Assembly: GCA_043819795.1 (NCBI GenBank)
Contig: JBDREN010000218.1
Location: 1 to 64,000, forward strand
Source: Elusimicrobiota bacterium
Lineage (GTDB): Bacteria; Elusimicrobiota; Elusimicrobia; UBA1565
Direction: 5' to 3'
DNA: 64,000 nucleotides
The notes under the pieces are model-generated. The model did not search any database. It saw nothing but the letters and a program-made list of their open reading frames with translations, and was not told the origin of the DNA. Positions 28,401 through 34,400 of the stretch are shown here, one piece after another (position 1 is the first letter of the stretch; every line of letters starts with the position of its first letter). The position numbers and the translations under genes are program-made.

Positions 28401-31400
28401 CGGGAACTATCCGGAGGACTTCCCGTATCCGACCGGCTTCTCCACGGCGCCGGTGCTCGGCGTCACGGACCCCTTGGGCCTGCTGATATCCTCGGCCCAG
28501 CACGTGAACGTGCAAGCCGACCTCATCAATCGCATCTCGGTCCGGCCGCTGTCCGAGCCGCAGCTCCTGGCCGGCACGACGAGCCAGGCCGCCTACTTTG
28601 AGGTCCAGGACTTCTTCGGCAACCCGTCGCCCCTGCTCGACGGCGACCACGACGCGGGCACGGACCCCAAGACGCTCTCGTTCTTCATCGTGTCCAACTC
28701 GGGGGGCGACACGCAGTTCGCGAGCCCCGACCCAACCGGCTTCACGGCCTCGACCGGCGTGGCGAAGCTCCGGGTCGGAGAGTCGGCGACGTCCTTCTAC
28801 CTCATCGACACGCTCGTGGGCCCGACGACCTGGCAGCTCACGGCGGACACCCTCTATAAGGACCCGCCGTGGGCGATGACGGTGGGGACGTACACGGTGC
28901 GCCCGGGGCAGCCGGTGCAGGCCGGATTCACAAGCTTGCAGCGGTACCTCATCGCCGGGACGACGGTCCAGCTGAGCACGCATACCGGCACGTCCATCGA
29001 CTCCTACATCGAGGTCTCCCTGTTCGACGAGTTCGGCAACGTGACCGTGTCCACCTGGGCCTCCCACACGGTCTTCGTGAACTCGCAGAATTCGCCGACG
29101 ACGCGCGCCGACGCCGACAAGACGAAGCCGCTCGGCGGCGCCTGGGCGACGATCGGCCCCACGGACCCGGCGTTCGCGCCCAAGATCCCCGCCTACTCGC
29201 CGAGGGCGCGGTTCTACATCTGGGATACGAAGGTGGGGGCCGTGACGCTGCAGGCGAGGATCGTGCGGCAGGACGGGGTCGCCATGCCCATGGTGGTCCA
29301 GGACGCGGAGATCACGCCGGCGGAAGCCGACTACATCACGATCCACCACCCGTTCACGGCGTTCAACCCGCTGAAGGTCAACGAGGGCGGCGTCCTCTCG
29401 CGCGGCTTCCCCGGCGGCAAGACCCTCGGCGTGGTCCTGCGCGACAAGTTCGGCAACATCGCCTCCGGGCACCCGATCAACAAGCAGTACTTCGAGGGTC
29501 TCGTGGAGTTCGCCACCTCGGGCTCCACGGCCACGGTGGCGCTCGACGACCTCTTCGCGAGCACCGACGTGCCGAACGCCCACTGGTTCCGCGGGGAGGC
29601 CGACGCGACGCCCGGGCTCTTCAACGGGCTCGACGTCAGGGACTCGATCGTCGAGGAGCTGCGGGTCTACGCGACGGCCCAGGCCCGGCCGTGGGTCCAC
29701 GGCCGCACCGACGACGTGACCCGGACGTTCAACGACCCCGATTGGACCCCCACGCAGTTCTCGGACGGCGACGTGTTCGTCGCCGGCATCGTCATCTTCC
29801 CGACGGACCTCGCTCCCGAGGCCGACGCGGTGGGCAACGTGACGACGCTCAAGCAGCAGCTCGGCCAGGACCGGCCGGTCATCCGCCAGGGAGACGGCGT
29901 GACCAAGCCCCCGGCGGTCCACATGATGCGCCTGACTACCAGGATCCTGCCCTCGAGCGCGACCTTCCTCTCCACCAACCTCGCGGGCCTGAAGGTCCAG
30001 AAGATCGGCCAGCTGGCTCCGGGCCACGTCCACGAGCTCGGGCTCTGGGTCGACGAGGACGGGGACGGGGGCTATGACCCGGCCTTCGACGTGTTCCTGG
30101 GCAGCGGGGCCCTCGACGGGACGGTCTGGAACTTCGGGGACGAGCTCTACGGCCTGACCCCGCTCGACGTTTTGGACGCGACGCGGACGCTCATCACGAC
30201 CGAGCCGCGGGACTTCTTCCTGACTTTGAGCATGGAGACGGTCGGGTACGAGGACGACGAGCTGCCCTCCAGCCTCGGCCTGTCGATCCAGTCGCCTTCG
30301 GCGGTGCGCCTCGCTACCGGCACCCCCGTGGGCGTGGCGTCGAACAACTTCATCATGAAGACGGCCACCTCGCCGGTCGTGCGCGAGGCGGCCAGGATCA
30401 ACGTGATCGGCGAGAGCATCGGGGCCTGGTGGCGGGCGACCGACGACCTGGGCGAGCCCCTGCCGGTATCGAGCTACTCCTACGTCGATCAGGGGGAGAG
30501 CCGCGTCGGGATGCTGAAGCTGCGGCTGTGGACCGACAACTTCCTCGGCACGCTGGGCTCGCTCGTGGTCACGCACAACGGCGACGGGCTCGATCTCGAC
30601 ATCCAGTCGGTGCGCCTCTACGTGGACGCCGGCTCGGAGGGGGACCCCGCGGCGGGCAACGGGGTGTTCCAGAAGCAGACCGACCACGAGATCACCGATC
30701 CCAACGATCCGGTCACCTTCGACGGCCGCAGGGCCGAGCTCGTGCTGGACATCAACGACGAGGGCTACAACAGGGAGCAGCGCACCATCTCGCCCTCCAC
30801 GATCACCTACTTCGTCGTGCTGGACTTCGCGCCGGGCGCCTCGCCGGACAAGTACCACGGGGTGTCCATCGCCCTGCCCGGCCACGTCCTGCCGCTGGCC
30901 GGCAACGGTGATGTCTTGCCCTTCTCGGCCATCATCTCGACGCATGCGTGGGTCCGGGCCACGGCCGACCTAGCCTACGTGGAGGACGTCAACTCCCTGG
31001 GGATCGACGAGGAGGGCAACCCCGCGGGGCCGGTGCCGGGCACGATCACGCAGGCCGACAAGGACGCGCCCGTGGCCAAGCTGACGCTGAGGACGTACGA
31101 GGGCTCGGCGCTCTGGTCGGGGATCAAGCTCGACCGCTGGATACACTCCTCGCAGATGGGCGGGTCGCTCACGATGAACAACAAGGTCTCCGACGTCGAC
31201 GACGTCAAGGTCTGGGTCGACGTCAACGATAACGGGCTGCTGGACGCGGCGACCGACCAGGTCGTCAGCTCGCTGGCCGGCATCATCCATCCGTTCCCGG
31301 TCGGGACCCTCGCGATAGCGATCAGCGCCTCCGATCCTTCGCCGATCGACGTCTACGTGACGAACATCGCCGATTTCTTCCCCGAGGACGACCCCTTCCC

Positions 31401-34400
31401 CTTGGTCCCGCAGCGGCTGGTCTTCAACGACGACCAGACCGACGAGAGCAGGAAGGAGGTCATGATCTGCTCCGACGTGGACTTCTCCCTGAACGCCTGG
31501 AAGACCTGCCTGCGGGCTCAGGGCACCCCGGCCCAGCTGAGCTTCTCCACGGGGACCTTGATCTCCGGATCGGCGCGCATCCCGATCCTGGGCGTGGGCG
31601 GCGGCCAGACGATCGACACGACGCCGCGGGACTACTTCGTGACCTTCGACGTGGACCCCCTGGCGACCGTGAGCGAGCAGGCCAACCTGGCCGTGCTCAT
31701 CCCCAACAGCGACCCGGCGATCGGCTTTAGGACCACCTCCTACTTCCTGATCGGACATCCCAAGGACATGCACACCGCCAACGTCGGGCTGCCGCCGGCC
31801 GGGAAGACGCTCTCGCCGGTGACGAACGTCGCGGCCTACGCGGACCCGGTCGTGGTCACGGCCACCGACACCCTGGACTCGCAGATCGGCCCGTACCTGC
31901 AGCAGCAGTCGACGGGAGCCGTGCTGGCCTTCTCGATGTACACCGGCGTCGGCGACGCGCTCTGGCGGTGGGTCATCATCCGGGCGACCGGGACCTCGGC
32001 CGACATCGGCAACGCCGGCAACGACGTGGACCTGGTGACGCTCTGGCGCGATTCGAACAGCGACGGGCTGTTCCAGACGAGCGAGGACGAGATGCTCGGG
32101 GCGGGGACCTTCGGCAACTCCGGCAGCCCGCTGCTCGCGCGCGTCAACCTGTCGACCCCGACGCGCATCTTCCCGGTGACGGAGGCCCGGGAGTCCCAGC
32201 GGTTCTTCATCGCCTACCTGATGTCGGAGGACGCCGAGACGAACGACCCGGTCACGCAGAAGGCCCGCACGATCGGCGCGACGCTCCTGAACACGTCGTT
32301 CCCGCAGAACAACCCGACGGTGGACGAGCCGGGCGCGAACTCGATCTCCCTGCCGGACAGCTACTCCGCGGCCTCGCCGCTGCCCTTCGTGGGGAAGATG
32401 CGCGAGATGATCCCGTCGCGGCAGACGATGTACGTCAAGACGACGCCGATGTTCTCCTCGAGCACGGGCACCTTCGCGGCCCCGAGGCTGGGGGAGGATA
32501 TCATCGCCGCGCCGCCCTCCGGCGTGGTGGAGTCCTACTGGATCGTCAGCTCCACGGCCGGCCTGCCGTCGGGCGGCCCGACGACCTACATGACCGTGGG
32601 CGAGGAGATCGTCCGCTACGAGTCCATCGCGCGGGTGGAGCAGCTCGGCACGTTCTTCGACGCCCTGATCAACGTCCACCGCGGCGAGCTCGACACGACG
32701 CCGCAGGCCCACTCGAGCGGCGCGGTCCTCGCGCCTCAGCTCGAGCATGGGACGCTCAACGACGCGGTCATGAGGATCGAGGCATGGACGAGCGCCTTCC
32801 GGGTGCAGTGGACCGGCCTGCGCATGCAGTTCGACATCCCCTCGGGCCTCAACGTGCGCGACGAGGACGTCTCCGCGGTGCGCCTATGGAAGTCGGTCGA
32901 CCCGCCGGAGGCCCCCGCGTTCCACCGAGATCCGGCGACGGGGCTCAACGAGACCGACGACCTGCTCGGGGAGGGCTCGATCGTCAACGGCGTCGTCGTC
33001 ATCGACATCAAGGACCCGTCCCTCGCGGGCGCCGACTACACGCTCGTGCCCACCTCGCCGCAGACGTTCTACGTCACGGTCGACATCGACCAGGCTTCGC
33101 GCTTCTCGCACGCCCGGCTGGTGCCGGCCAACGAGACGCTCGGCAGCTACCAGCCTCAGGACGGCGACTTCTCCCTGGGGCCCGCGGGGGCGGGACACGC
33201 GGCGCAGCTCGTCGAGGGCCTGTCCTCGCCCGTCTCGCCGATCATACCGACCGTGAACACGGTCAACGTCACCATGTCGCGCTTCTCGCCGAACTCGGCC
33301 GAGCAGAGCCAGGCCTACGTCCCGATGGTCAAGATCACGGCGCGGACCGACCAGAACATCGTCCGCTGGGAGAGGCTCAGGTTCGACCGCGTCGGCGCCA
33401 AGGGCGCGCTCGACACCGACGTCACGCTGGTGCGGGTATGGAAGGACGGCGACGGGGACGGCGCCTTCACGGAAGCCGACCGCGCCGCGGACAGCGAGGG
33501 CGTCTTCCTGAACATGATCTCCGCGGGCGACGAGAACTTCGAGGCCGGGTCGAAGGAGGTCCTCTTCAGGCGGGAGGTCGCCGTCAGCACCACCCCGAGC
33601 GTGTACTTCGTGACCTACGATTTTTCGCAGTTCGCCGGCATCGGGGCGACGCACGGCCTGAGCATCGCCAGCACCCGGTACTTCACGGTCCAGGTTCCGC
33701 ACGCCGTCGCGTTCTCGAGCCCGACCTTCCAGACCGATCCGCAGGTCACGGTCGCGGAGGTGGCGTCGGTGGCCACGCTCGGCGTCTGGGACACCATCTT
33801 CAAGACGCCCGTCCTCCAGGTCGGCCAGGCCCAGCCTAACGTGCCGTTCGTGCGCTTCAACCTCGCGACCGATATCGGGACCGCGCGCTGGGAGAAGCTG
33901 CGCGTGGAGCGCGGCGGCGGCAGCCAGGACCCGGAGAAGCTCTTCGGACGCAACACGAACCTGGCCTTCGTCCGGATCTGGAAGGACATCAACCAGGACG
34001 ACGTCTTCGACCCCGCGCTGGATCTGGAGATCTCGGAGGCGCGGACCCTGCTCAAGGCGCCCGTGGCCTCGACGGACATGGTCCCGTTCGCGATGGTCGT
34101 CGCCTCCACCGAGGGCTTCCCCGCGGCCGGGCAGGGGCGGCTCTACGTGGGCGGCGCCGAGCTGATGAGCTTCTCCGGCTACGGCACGGCGCTCCTCTCC
34201 GGGACGACCTATCCGACCCTGACGATCGTCTCCCGCGGCGACAAGCTCGGCGACGGGCCCACGCCCGCCATCACGCACGACCCGGGCGCCCCGGCGCGCA
34301 AGGTGAACGTCTTCAACCAGGAGGACGACCAGGACCGGCAGATCGTCGTCGACCTTTCGGTGAGGCAGACGATCGCGCCCACGCCGAGCGTATTCTTCCT

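Noticed and set aside
23194..30945. 2583-aa minus-strand ORF, plus other long antisense or alternate-frame ORFs over the giant gene (e.g. 9079-12252, 12460-15312, 22071-25049)
   Set aside because: Shadow ORFs expected from high-GC codon bias; Arg/Gly/Ala-rich with no motifs, and fully overlapping a well-supported gene.
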